The translations under genes were made by a program, and so were the position numbers. Under the pieces are notes generated by a model. That model had not been told where the DNA came from, made no database searches, and worked only from the letters and a program-made list of their open reading frames with translations. Shown in pieces: positions 9,023 through 18,164 of a stretch of 64,000 bases of DNA. Source of the DNA: an uncultured Acidobacteriota bacterium (GTDB lineage: Bacteria; Acidobacteriota; Thermoanaerobaculia; Thermoanaerobaculales; Sulfomarinibacteraceae); NCBI GenBank assembly GCA_963714745.1, contig CAVQPK010000002.1, positions 2,464,808 to 2,528,807 of the forward strand, given 5' to 3'. Each line of letters begins with the position of its first letter. The first letter of the stretch is position 1.

Positions 9023-9055
9023 GAAACACCGAGGCTCAGAGAACACAGGGAAGCC
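9023..9055 (+). repeat. degenerate copy of the CACAGAG-type 3'-end repeat cassette
   Basis: gaaacaccgaggctcagagaacacagggaagcc starts 8 nt after the sigma-factor stop. It is about 70% similar, by hand alignment, to the copies at 9785-9825 and 61663-61703 in the same orientation relative to the upstream gene. Confidence 0.3.
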
Positions 9056-9234
9056 CAGCGCGGGCGGCGTCCGCAACCCAACCTGCCGGGAGGTCGATGC
9101 GCCCAACGCCGTATCGAGGCGCGTGGGAGTCCTGGATTCGGGCGGCGTGGCGCGGGTCCGAGACCGGGTCGCGTTGCCCGTGGGGCCCGGGGCCGCCCTT
9201 GACCGCCAGCCGGCGGGCGCCTTGTGGGAAGGGC

Positions 9235-9624
9235 ATGAGCCAGCACACTCCCTCGTCCAGACCTTCCCGAACCGTCCGCCGCACCCTCCCTCGGGGTCGC
9301 TCCAACCTCGTCGCACTCGAGGTTGCCGTTGGCGTTGCCGGTGCCGTCGCCACACTGGCGATCCCCCGTGGTCTTTCCCGCGTCCGTGATCATCTCGTCA
9401 GGGCCACTGATACCACAGCGCTGAGGTTGTCCGAGGCGAGCGGACGGACCCTCGGCGATCGCCGGCAGCATCTCGAGGCGGCCTACGCGGAGGTGCGGGA
9501 GGTGCAGACCGCGCTCGCTCTGATCAGGGTACGCGGCATGGAGATCCCGACGGTGGTCGTTGACGCAGCCGATCGCCTCGGCGGTTTGGTGTTTGGCCTT
9601 CTGGGTTCCGAGCGGCGAGCCTGA
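9235..9624 (+). CDS. hypothetical protein (weak call)
   Basis: This is the only non-R/P/G-rich reading frame in the 9016-9823 gap. It has a possible TM segment LVALEVAVGVAGAVATLAI and a helical tail. It uses many T-ending codons, which is atypical for this window. No recognisable domain. Confidence 0.3.
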   Translation: MSQHTPSSRPSRTVRRTLPRGRSNLVALEVAVGVAGAVATLAIPRGLSRVRDHLVRATDTTALRLSEASGRTLGDRRQHLEAAYAEVREVQTALALIRVRGMEIPTVVVDAADRLGGLVFGLLGSERRA

Positions 9625-9732
9625 TCACGCTCTGATTCAACGAGTTGAGCTTTGCCTATGACCCGAATGTCGTCGAAAAGGCGGTGATGTTGAGGCGGGA
9701 GCAGAACAGAGGCGCGCCGCCCGCGCTGTGGC

Positions 9733-9766
9733 GTCGGGCTCTACCCCTGATTGAGCAGAGCCCGAC
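9733..9766 (-). terminator. hairpin downstream of the TerB-like gene
   Basis: GTCGGGCTCT-14 nt-AGAGCCCGAC forms a perfect 10-bp stem. There is no U-run. Confidence 0.35.
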
Positions 9767-9784
9767 GGCACTCGGGTGTGGGGA

Positions 9785-9825
9785 GGCTCTGTGACCCTCT
9801 GTGTCCTCTGTGCTCTCCGTGGTTC
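9785..9825 (-). repeat. CACAGAG-type repeat cassette (about 4 tandem 8-10-nt units)
   Basis: ggctctgtgaccctctgtgtcctctgtgctctccgtggttc is about 80% identical to 61663-61703. It abuts and overlaps the stop codon (9824-9826) of the minus-strand gene. Confidence 0.5.
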
Positions 9826-10300
9826 AACCGGCTCCGGCAAGGGTCTCCGCAACCCGGTGGCGGTCGAGGCCGAGCTCGGTCGCGACCTGTCGGATCGCCG
9901 CCGCTTCGGCCGGGCTGATGGTGCCGTCGGCCGTGGCCACCTCGACGAGCTGGTCCACCACATGGCCGAGTTGGCGGCGGTCGGTCGACTGGCGCAGACG
10001 GCGAGAGACGCGATAGGTCCCGGCGCTGTCCAGGTCCTGCAGCCGGTGCTTCCCGATCTCGGCCAGCAGAACCGCCTGATCCTCCTCGACCCGGTCCAGC
10101 GACGCGAGGATCGTCTCGATGCACGCCGTCTCGCTGGAACAGATGCCGCCCTCGGCATTCGCGACCCGAACGAGCAGCAGCGCAAGCGCGGAGGCCGCCT
10201 CCGCAGTTTCGGAAGCGAGCGCGGCGAGTCGGCACACCGCAGCGCGCACGGCACGCGCACGTTCGGCGGTCGAACCGCCGGGAGAGACGGCGTCAGGCAT
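9824..10300 (-). CDS. TerB-family (tellurite-resistance / DjlA-N-like) protein
   Basis: ATG 10300 lies behind GGGAGG. The protein has two helical repeats with acidic ADG-type motifs (LLLVRVANAEGGICSSETACIETIL and VVDQLVEVATADGTISPAEAAAIRQV). Confidence 0.6.
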   Translation of the reverse strand: MPDAVSPGGSTAERARAVRAAVCRLAALASETAEAASALALLLVRVANAEGGICSSETACIETILASLDRVEEDQAVLLAEIGKHRLQDLDSAGTYRVSRRLRQSTDRRQLGHVVDQLVEVATADGTISPAEAAAIRQVATELGLDRHRVAETLAGAG

Positions 10301-10398
10301 CGCGAGACCTCCCTGTCGCGGGAGATACGAATAGTGCCGGCTGACGGTTCTCCGGCTGCTATGCTCGGTCCGTCCCGGCGACGAGGGGAGAATCACTG

Positions 10399-11520
10399 AT
10401 GACGAAGGTCACGGAGGCGAGGACGTCGAGACTCCTGGTGGGGTTGCTGACCGCGGCGCTGCTCGGAAGCGCGACGGCCCGGGCCGGGCAGGTCGACGGT
10501 CTGGCCGATGCAGAGATCGGGCGTTTCGTCGAGCTGGCCCTCGGCTGTGTGCACCAGGAGTACCCCAACAAGATCGCCCACGTGATGTCGGCCGACGCCG
10601 ACGTGCTGCCTCCGAGGCAGCTCACGCCGGCCTTCTTCGGCTGCTTCGACTGGCACTCCTCGGTCCACGGGCACTGGTTGCTGGCCCGGGCTGCTCGTCT
10701 GAGTCCGGAAGCGCAGTTCGCGGAGCCCGCCCGGGCGGCACTCGCGCGCTCCCTGACCCCGGAGCGGATTGCAGCCGAGGTCGCGTACCTCGAGGGCGAG
10801 GGAAGGGCGTCGTTCGAACGCCCCTACGGCCTCGCGTGGTTGCTGCAGCTGGGCGCCGAGCTGCGCGCCTGGGACACCCCGGCGGCGCGCACGTGGGCCG
10901 CGATCCTGGCCCCGCTCGAGCTGACGGCCCGCGAGCGGCTGGTGGCATGGTTGCCCAAGCTGGCCTATCCGATTCGCACCGGCGAGCACAGCCAGACGGC
11001 CTTCGCGTTCGGCCTCGCGCTCGACTGGGCTCGGACCTCGAATGACCGCGGGCTCACCCAGCTCCTCGAATCACGGACCCTTGAGCTGTACGGGCGGGAC
11101 GCCGGCTGCCCGCTCGGGTACGAGCCCTCGGGTCAGGATTTCCTCTCCCCATGCCTGGCGGAAGCAGATCTGATGCGGCGGGTCCAGGGACCTGTGGACT
11201 TCGCGGCGTGGCTCGGCGCCTTTCTGCCGGAGGTGCCCCGCGACGGCAGCTCGGATTGGCTGCCGGTCGCGGTGGTGACGGACCGAGCGGACGGCAAGCT
11301 CGCCCATCTCGACGGGCTCAACCTCAGCCGGGCGTGGATGCTCGAGGGGATTGCGGCCGGGCTGCCCGCGGGAGATCCTCGGCGTGCCGCTCTCACCGCC
11401 GCTGCAACGACGCATCGCCGGGCCGGTCTGGCGGGCGCCACCGGCGAGCACTACGAGGGAGGCCACTGGCTGGGGACCTTCGCAGTCTACCTGGTGACCG
11501 GTCGCGGGCTCGGCGGGTGA
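10399..11520 (+). CDS. DUF2891 domain protein with signal peptide
   Basis: The motif FFGCFDWHSSVHGHWLLAR and the overall length fit DUF2891 as I remember it. N-terminal signal: LLVGLLTAALLGSATARA. Confidence 0.8.
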   Translation: MTKVTEARTSRLLVGLLTAALLGSATARAGQVDGLADAEIGRFVELALGCVHQEYPNKIAHVMSADADVLPPRQLTPAFFGCFDWHSSVHGHWLLARAARLSPEAQFAEPARAALARSLTPERIAAEVAYLEGEGRASFERPYGLAWLLQLGAELRAWDTPAARTWAAILAPLELTARERLVAWLPKLAYPIRTGEHSQTAFAFGLALDWARTSNDRGLTQLLESRTLELYGRDAGCPLGYEPSGQDFLSPCLAEADLMRRVQGPVDFAAWLGAFLPEVPRDGSSDWLPVAVVTDRADGKLAHLDGLNLSRAWMLEGIAAGLPAGDPRRAALTAAATTHRRAGLAGATGEHYEGGHWLGTFAVYLVTGRGLGG

Positions 11521-12710
11521 CGGCTCCCCGGGCGGTCCTGCGGCGCGAACGCGAGCGGTCGCTGCACCTGCGCCATCCCTGGGTCTTCTCCGGGGCGGTG
11601 GCTCGAATCGAAGGCGACCCGGAGGACGGCGGCGAGATCGCCGTGGCCGACTCGAACGGGAAGGTCCTCGGGCGCGGAGTGCTCAACCGCCGCTCGCAGA
11701 TCGTCATCCGGATGTTGACCTTCGACCCGGACCAGGAGGTCGGCGAGGGGCTCTGGAGGAGCCGCGTCGAACGGGCGGTGGCGCGCCGCGCAAGGCTCGC
11801 TGCCGACGCCGCCACCTCGGCCTACCGCCTGGTTCACAGCGAGGCCGACGGATTGCCGGGGTTGGTGGTCGACCGGTACGGCGACTGGCTGGCGGTCCAG
11901 GCGCTGTCGCTGGCGGCGGACCGGGCGCTTCCAGCGGTGGTCGAGGCGCTCGTGGAGCAGTGCCAACCGCGGGGGATCCTCAACCGCTCGGACGACGACA
12001 TCCGGTTCAAGGAGGGGCTGGAACCGGCCGTCGGCCGGCTCTGGGGGGAGGACTGCCCGCCGCTGCTGGAGATCCGGGAGCGCGGCCTGGTCTTCGCGGT
12101 CGACCTCCGGGGCGGTCACAAGACCGGCTTCTACCTGGATCAGCGAGAGAACCGGAGAGCAGTCGCTGCCCGTGCGGAGGGGGCAGAGGTGCTGGATGCC
12201 TTCTGCTACACGGGGGGGTTCTCGGTCGCCACCGCCGCCTCAGGCGCGTCGGGACTGGTCCAGGTCGACAGCTCCGGTCCGGCGCTCGAGCTGGCGAAGA
12301 CCAACCTCGAGCGCAACGGCCTCGGCGAGCTGCCGTGCGATCAGCTGCCCGGAGACGCCTTCCAGCTTCTGCGGCGGCTCCGGGACGGGGGCCGCAGCTT
12401 CGACGTGGTGGTGCTCGACCCGCCCAAGTTCGCCCCCACGAAATCGCGCCTCGAAGGCGCCCTGAGGGGCTACAAGGACGTGAACCTGCTGGCGATCAAG
12501 CTGACTCGGCCCGGGGGGTTGCTGGCGACCTTCTCCTGCTCCGCGGCGCTGACGGCGGAGCTCTTCCAGATGGTGGTGTTCCAGGCCGCCGTCGACGCCG
12601 AGCGCGAGGTCCGGGCGATCGCTGCCCTCGGCCAGGGGGAGGATCACCCGGTGTTGCTCACGTTTCCCGAGTCGCGCTACCTCAAGGGCCTGCTCTGCCG
12701 GGTCGAGTGA
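11517..12710 (+). CDS. rlmI: class I SAM-dependent rRNA (cytosine-C5) methyltransferase, RlmI-like
   Basis: GTG 11517 overlaps the upstream stop (GTGA). Motifs: HPWVFSGAV (PUA region), VLDAFCYTGGFS, VVLDPPKFA. Confidence 0.85.
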   Translation: MTAPRAVLRRERERSLHLRHPWVFSGAVARIEGDPEDGGEIAVADSNGKVLGRGVLNRRSQIVIRMLTFDPDQEVGEGLWRSRVERAVARRARLAADAATSAYRLVHSEADGLPGLVVDRYGDWLAVQALSLAADRALPAVVEALVEQCQPRGILNRSDDDIRFKEGLEPAVGRLWGEDCPPLLEIRERGLVFAVDLRGGHKTGFYLDQRENRRAVAARAEGAEVLDAFCYTGGFSVATAASGASGLVQVDSSGPALELAKTNLERNGLGELPCDQLPGDAFQLLRRLRDGGRSFDVVVLDPPKFAPTKSRLEGALRGYKDVNLLAIKLTRPGGLLATFSCSAALTAELFQMVVFQAAVDAEREVRAIAALGQGEDHPVLLTFPESRYLKGLLCRVE

Positions 12711-12879
12711 CGGGCCCTCCCGGACTGCCTCCATCGGGCCTCCTCGGTCGCCGGCACCCGGCGGTCCGCCGACGCTCCGGCCGCCCAAGGGTGCAGGCCA
12801 GGCTCTTGCCGAGGTGCGGCGACACTTGCCGCGGCCCGGCGTGCATGGCTACAATTCAGGCGACGGGAGGGTGCCAGGA

Positions 12880-14589
12880 ATGCCCGCGCTTCGCCGGACC
12901 GTGCTCTACCTCGCGCCGCTCCGCCACACCTTTGACGAGCTCTGCCGCGCGCTTCGCGGCGGCAGCCCGAGATCGGCCTCACAGGACGCCGACTGCGTTT
13001 TCGCCGGTCCCGGACTGGCCCTCGGTGTCCATGTCACAGACAGCGCAACGGACGCGCTCGAGCTGATCGACCAGGGCTACTACAACCTGGTCGTGCTCGA
13101 CTGCCGCCACCTACCGCACGACGGGGCCGACGCCGAGCACCAGGAGCGCGTGCTCGAGGAGTTCCTGGGGCGGCTCGGCGCCCAGCGCGACCCCGAGCGC
13201 CGTTACCCCTTCCGCCGGGTGGTGGTGCTGGTCGGCGACGCCGACGAGGACCGGGTCGATCGCCTGATCTTCCACATGGGTGAGCACCACGTCGGCGCGT
13301 GCCTGCGCGACCTGTCGCTGTCGCCGCGCCTGGCCGGGGAGGACGTCGCGCAGGCGCGGGCACGCTTCGTCGGGTCGTTCTGGCGATTCTGCAGCCAGGT
13401 GCTGGTAGAGCGACGGCGGGGCACGACCGCTGTCAACGCCGCAGGAGGGGGCATCAGCGGAATCTACTACGAGCTCGGCGTGCTCAAGTGCCTGCACGAC
13501 GCCATCGACCGCGACATCCGGGACTTCGACCAGTACTACGGGATCTCGGGCGGTGCCCTGGTCACCAGCCTGCTGGCCAACGGGTTCGCGATCGACGACC
13601 TGATCCTCAACCTCGGTGCGGTCGACACCCAGTGGCCGTCGCAGCTTCGGCTGACCTGGCGTCACCTGAACCTGGGCGAGATCCCGAGGCGTTTCGTGCT
13701 CGCCCACCGTGAGCTGCTGCGCTACCTCGGCCGAACCCTCAAACGGTCCGACGACTTCAGTGTGGCCTCGATCCTGGGGGCTTCGGGCGTCGCGTTCGGT
13801 CCGCTGTTCGACAACCGACCGTTCGAGGAGTTCCTCCGCTGGCTGTTCACCCGCCCCGGGCATTCGAACGACTTTCGGGAGCTCCCGTGCCGGCTTTTCG
13901 TCGGCGCCACCGACCAGGACCGCCGCCAGCACGTGCTCTTCGGAGCGAACGGCTTCGACCACGTGCCGGTGTCCAAGGCGATCCAGGCTTCGACCGCGAT
14001 GCACCCGTTCTTTCCCTCGGTCCAGATCGACGGCCGCCACTACACCGACGGGATCGTGAGCCGGACCTCGAACCTCGGCTCGGCGATCCGCCGCGGCGCC
14101 GACCTCGTCTTCGTCATCGACCCGTTCGTGCCCCTGATCTCGGAACAGCCCGGGTTCAACGCCCAGCACGGCAACCTGTGGGTGGCGGAGCAGGACTACA
14201 AGACGCTCTCGTTCACCCGCTTCGAGCAGGCGCGGGACGTGATCATGCGGGTCAACCCGCAGGTGAACATCTACACCTTCGTGCCGTCGAACCGCATGCG
14301 TCACCTGATGTCGAATCAGAACCCATTCATGTCGAGGAACTTCGCTCCGATCGTCTGCGAGGCCTACCGGAGCACGTGGCGTCGGCTCCACCAGCTCGAG
14401 TACAAGATGCAGGGCGAGCTCGCGGCGCACGGCATCCGGCTCGACCTGGCGCCGGTGGAGCAGCGCGTCAAGCGGCTGCGCGCCGCGCGCCGGCCCGATG
14501 TCCGCCTGCTGATCGAGGACGCGACCCCGCGCCGGGTCGTCGAGCGCCTCGAGCAGCTGGTCGACGAGCTCGCGGCGGTGGAGCTGTAG
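12880..14589 (+). CDS. patatin-like phospholipase with an N-terminal receiver-like (pseudo-receiver) domain
   Basis: ATG 12880 lies behind GGGAGG. Patatin motifs are GGGISGIYYELG (oxyanion), GISGG (nucleophile) and YTDGI (Asp). The first ~185 aa have an alternating beta/alpha pattern with LVVLDC. Confidence 0.85.
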   Translation: MPALRRTVLYLAPLRHTFDELCRALRGGSPRSASQDADCVFAGPGLALGVHVTDSATDALELIDQGYYNLVVLDCRHLPHDGADAEHQERVLEEFLGRLGAQRDPERRYPFRRVVVLVGDADEDRVDRLIFHMGEHHVGACLRDLSLSPRLAGEDVAQARARFVGSFWRFCSQVLVERRRGTTAVNAAGGGISGIYYELGVLKCLHDAIDRDIRDFDQYYGISGGALVTSLLANGFAIDDLILNLGAVDTQWPSQLRLTWRHLNLGEIPRRFVLAHRELLRYLGRTLKRSDDFSVASILGASGVAFGPLFDNRPFEEFLRWLFTRPGHSNDFRELPCRLFVGATDQDRRQHVLFGANGFDHVPVSKAIQASTAMHPFFPSVQIDGRHYTDGIVSRTSNLGSAIRRGADLVFVIDPFVPLISEQPGFNAQHGNLWVAEQDYKTLSFTRFEQARDVIMRVNPQVNIYTFVPSNRMRHLMSNQNPFMSRNFAPIVCEAYRSTWRRLHQLEYKMQGELAAHGIRLDLAPVEQRVKRLRAARRPDVRLLIEDATPRRVVERLEQLVDELAAVEL

Positions 14590-14725
14590 CCGGGATCAGC
14601 GAGAGCCGACACGGCGTGAGAGCCTGGAAAGCTGTGTTTCGTCCCGCGATGCGCGGAGCGCCTCGAGGGGTTCCAGGCGGCGGGTCCTGGTTCGCTCTTC
14701 GAGCCTTCACCCACCGCCGGGAACC

Positions 14726-17404
14726 CTAATGCGCCTCGTCCCAGTTCGAGCCGACGCCGACCTCGACCACCACCGGGACCGACAGCTCCACCGCGGTGGC
14801 CATCTCGTGACGGACCATCTCGGCCACCGGGTCGACCCGGTTCTCGTCGACCTCGAGCAGGAGCTCGTCGTGCACCTGCAGAATCAGGTGCTGACCCGGG
14901 TACTCCTCGTGCAGCCGGCGGTCGATGTTGATCATCGCCTTCTTGATCAGGTCCGCCGCGCTGCCCTGGACCGGGGTGTTGACCGCGATCCGTTCGGCCT
15001 GGCTACGTTGCGCGAAGTTGCCGCTCGCCAGATCGGGAACCGGCCGGCGGCGGCCGAGGATGGTCGAGACGTATCCGGTGGCTTTGGCCGACTCCAGAGT
15101 GGCCTCGCGGAAGGCCTCGATCTCCGGGAAGCGCTCCTTGTAGCGACGGATGTACTCCGCCGCCGAATCGCGGGGGATGCGCTGCGTCTGGGCGAGCCCG
15201 AACGCGCTCTGACCGTAGATGATGCCGAAGTTCACCGCTTTGGCGAGCGAGCGCTGCTCGCGGGTCACGGCCTCGGTCGGGACGCCGAAGACCGACGCCG
15301 CGGTTTCGGTGTGGATGTCGGCGCCGCGTTCGAAGGCTGATGCGAAGCCGCCCTCGCCGCCGCACAGGTGGGCGAGCACGCGGAGCTCGATCTGAGAGTA
15401 GTCGGCCGACAGCAGCCGTCGGCCCGGTGGGGCGACGAAGGCCTGTCGGATCCTTCGTCCCTCCTCGGTCCTGACGGGGATGTTCTGGAGGTTGGGGTCG
15501 GTCGACGCCAGCCGGCCGGTGGCGGCGGTGGTCTGGGAGAAATGGGTGTGGATGCGGCCGGTCCGCGGGTTGACCATTCCCGGCAGCGGTTGCACGTAGG
15601 TGCTCTGCAGCTTGACCAGGGAGCGGTGCTCGAGGATCGCGGCCGGCAGAGGATGGGACTGGGCCAGCTCCACGAGCACCGACTCGTCGGTCGAAGGGCC
15701 GGTCTTGGTCCGCTTGAGCTGCGGCAGCCCGAGGCGGTCGAACAGGACCTCGCGCAGCTGCTTGACGGATCCCAGGTTGAACTCCTCGCCGGCGAGGTCC
15801 CAGCAGTGTCGCTCGGCGGCGGCGATCCGTTCGGCGAGCTCTGTCTCGAGCTCGCCGAGCAGGGCGCGGTCGACCGCGATACCCCGGCCTTCCATCCGGG
15901 CGAGCACCGAGATCAGGGGGATCTCGAGCTCGCGGTAGAGCTCGCCCAGGCCCTGCTCGTCGAGCTGGGAGGTCAGTGTGTGGTCGAGCAGCCAGGCGAC
16001 GTGGGCGTCCTCGGCGGCGTACCGGCAGGCGTCCTCGAGCGAGACCACGGCGAAGGTCTCGCCCTTCGGGACCACCTGCGAGAACGAGATCATCCGGTGC
16101 TCGAGGTGGACCAGGGCGAGGTCGTCGAGCTTGTGCGAGCGCCGGTCCGGGCTCAGCAGGTAGTCGACGATGAGGGTGTCACCGACGATCCCTTCCATCG
16201 CGACCCCGTGCTGTGCGAGGACCTGGAGGTCGTACTTCAGGTTCTGACCGGTCTTGCCGAGGGAGGGGTCCTCGAGCAGCGGCCCGAGCACGCTGCGGAC
16301 CTCGGGCCATGCGAGCTGGTCGCCGGCGTCGAGGCCAGCGTGACCGACCGGGACGTACCAGGCGCGCCGCGGGTCGGCGCAGAACGAGAGCCCCACCAGC
16401 GACGCTTGGAGGGCATCCAGCGAGGTGGTCTCGGTGTCGATCGCGAACCGCCCCGCGGCCCGGAGGGACTCGGCCAGGTCGACGAGGGCCACGCGATCGG
16501 TGACCAGCCGGTAGTCGCTGCGGTCGACCGACTCCATCTCCCCGCCGAGCTCGCGCAGCAGCGAGCGGAACTCGAGCTCGGTGAAGAGCTCTCGGGCCGG
16601 GCCGGGAGCAGGCGGCCAATGGAGGGAGAGCTCGTCGAGCTCGACCGTCACCGGCGCGTCGACCCGGACGGTCGCCAGCTGTCGGGAGAGGAAGGCGTTG
16701 TCCCGCTCGGCCTCCAGCTTGGCGCGCACGGACGGGGGCGTGACCTCGTCGAGATGGTCGTAGATCGCCTCGAGCCCCGCGTACTCGGCGAGCAGCTTCT
16801 TCGCGCCCTTTTCGCCGATGCCCTTGACACCCGGGATGTTGTCCGAAGAATCCCCCCAGATGCCGAGGGCGTCGGGAACCAGAGCCGGCGGGCAGCCGAA
16901 CTTCTCGAGCACCTCCGGGAGGCCGACGCGGCGGTCCTTCATGGTGTCGAGCAGAGTCACGTGCTCACCGACCAGCTGCATCAGGTCCTTGTCGGAGGTG
17001 ACCAGGACCACGTCGAGCTCGTCCTCGTGGCGGCGCGAGAGGGTTCCCATCACGTCGTCCGCTTCGAACCCGGGCAGGCAGACGAAGCGGATCCCGAGCG
17101 CGTCGGCGACCCGCTCGAAGTGAGGCATCTGGGCTCTCAACGCGTCGGGCATGTCGGGCCGCGTTCCCTTGTACTCGGGGTACATCTGGTCCCGGAAGGT
17201 GCCCCCCGGGGGATCCCAGGCGATCGCCAGGTAGTCGGGGCTGTGATCGCGGATCAGCTTGAGCAGCATGTTCGAGAAGCCGAACAGCGCGTTGGTGGGT
17301 TGACCGGTCGACGACGACATCCCGCCGATGGCGAAGAACGCTCGGAAGGCCAGGTTGGGGCCGTCGACGACAAAGAGGCGGCGGCGCCGGGCGGGCTCAC
17401 TCAT
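14726..17404 (-). CDS. polA: DNA polymerase I
   Basis: 892 aa. It has a 5'-nuclease N-terminus (LFVVDGPNLAFRAFFA), a 3'-5' exonuclease region, and a polymerase domain (LLSADYSQIELRVLAH, QVHDELLLEV). Confidence 0.97.
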   Translation of the reverse strand: MSEPARRRRLFVVDGPNLAFRAFFAIGGMSSSTGQPTNALFGFSNMLLKLIRDHSPDYLAIAWDPPGGTFRDQMYPEYKGTRPDMPDALRAQMPHFERVADALGIRFVCLPGFEADDVMGTLSRRHEDELDVVLVTSDKDLMQLVGEHVTLLDTMKDRRVGLPEVLEKFGCPPALVPDALGIWGDSSDNIPGVKGIGEKGAKKLLAEYAGLEAIYDHLDEVTPPSVRAKLEAERDNAFLSRQLATVRVDAPVTVELDELSLHWPPAPGPARELFTELEFRSLLRELGGEMESVDRSDYRLVTDRVALVDLAESLRAAGRFAIDTETTSLDALQASLVGLSFCADPRRAWYVPVGHAGLDAGDQLAWPEVRSVLGPLLEDPSLGKTGQNLKYDLQVLAQHGVAMEGIVGDTLIVDYLLSPDRRSHKLDDLALVHLEHRMISFSQVVPKGETFAVVSLEDACRYAAEDAHVAWLLDHTLTSQLDEQGLGELYRELEIPLISVLARMEGRGIAVDRALLGELETELAERIAAAERHCWDLAGEEFNLGSVKQLREVLFDRLGLPQLKRTKTGPSTDESVLVELAQSHPLPAAILEHRSLVKLQSTYVQPLPGMVNPRTGRIHTHFSQTTAATGRLASTDPNLQNIPVRTEEGRRIRQAFVAPPGRRLLSADYSQIELRVLAHLCGGEGGFASAFERGADIHTETAASVFGVPTEAVTREQRSLAKAVNFGIIYGQSAFGLAQTQRIPRDSAAEYIRRYKERFPEIEAFREATLESAKATGYVSTILGRRRPVPDLASGNFAQRSQAERIAVNTPVQGSAADLIKKAMINIDRRLHEEYPGQHLILQVHDELLLEVDENRVDPVAEMVRHEMATAVELSVPVVVEVGVGSNWDEAH

Positions 17405-18164
17405 GCTCTCGAGCCTCCTGGAGTACGGCCGCGACGACCTCGCGCCAGAGCGCGGTGAAGGCTTCCGCGGCGGGTGACCTGGGGGCGGTGACGACGACCG
17501 GCGCGCGGTCCACCGTCATGCGTTCGACCACGCTCGCGGCCGGAATGGTCGTCGCCAGAAAACCCTCCAGGGGATCGCCGGCGAATCTGGCGAGCATCTC
17601 CAGGTGGAGGCGCTTGCGACGGTCGACCATCGACAGGAACGGCGCCAGTCGGGGTGCGGAGCTTCCGAGCTCGGCGGCCAAACCTCTCATCTGGGCGAGG
17701 GTGTTGAGCGACAGCGCGGTCGGGACCACCGGCACCAGCACCGCGTCGACCGCGTGCAGCACGCTCTCGGTGGTCAGCGACACGCTCGGCGGGCAGTCCA
17801 GCACCGCCCAGTCGTACCGCGACCGCAGGCCGGCGAGCTGGCGGCCGAGGCGGCGCTCCGGCCGCTTGCGGGCATCCAGCTCGAGGTCGAGGTGACGGTA
17901 CGAGAAGTCGGCCGGCAGCAGGTCGAGGTTGGGGTAGTCCGAGGCGCGGACCAGGTCGGCGAGATCGGTTCCCTTCTTGACCACCCGCCGGGCTCCGCCC
18001 TCCACCTGGGGCTCAACCCGGAGCAGATAGGTCGCCGCTGCCTGTGGATCGAGGTCCCACAGCAGGACCCGGGCCCCGGCGGCGGCGGTCAGGGCGGCGA
18101 GGTTGACGGCGGTGGTGGTCTTGCCGACCCCACCCTTGATCGACCACACGGCCACGATCTTCAC
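17397..18164 (-). CDS. ParA/MinD-family P-loop ATPase (orphan; no ParB nearby)
   Basis: A deviant Walker A motif is present (SIKGGVGKTTTAVNLA), followed by LLWDLDPQ. GTG 18164 overlaps the CHAD stop (GTGA). Its stop overlaps the polA start by 8 nt. Confidence 0.85.
   Translation of the reverse strand: MKIVAVWSIKGGVGKTTTAVNLAALTAAAGARVLLWDLDPQAAATYLLRVEPQVEGGARRVVKKGTDLADLVRASDYPNLDLLPADFSYRHLDLELDARKRPERRLGRQLAGLRSRYDWAVLDCPPSVSLTTESVLHAVDAVLVPVVPTALSLNTLAQMRGLAAELGSSAPRLAPFLSMVDRRKRLHLEMLARFAGDPLEGFLATTIPAASVVERMTVDRAPVVVTAPRSPAAEAFTALWREVVAAVLQEAREHE

Noticed and set aside
9785-9825. The CACAGAG tandem units considered as a possible mini-CRISPR array.
   Set aside because: The units are only 8-10 nt long and directly adjacent, with no spacers. 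The total length is ~40 nt and there are no cas genes. They are treated as a short repeat cassette instead.
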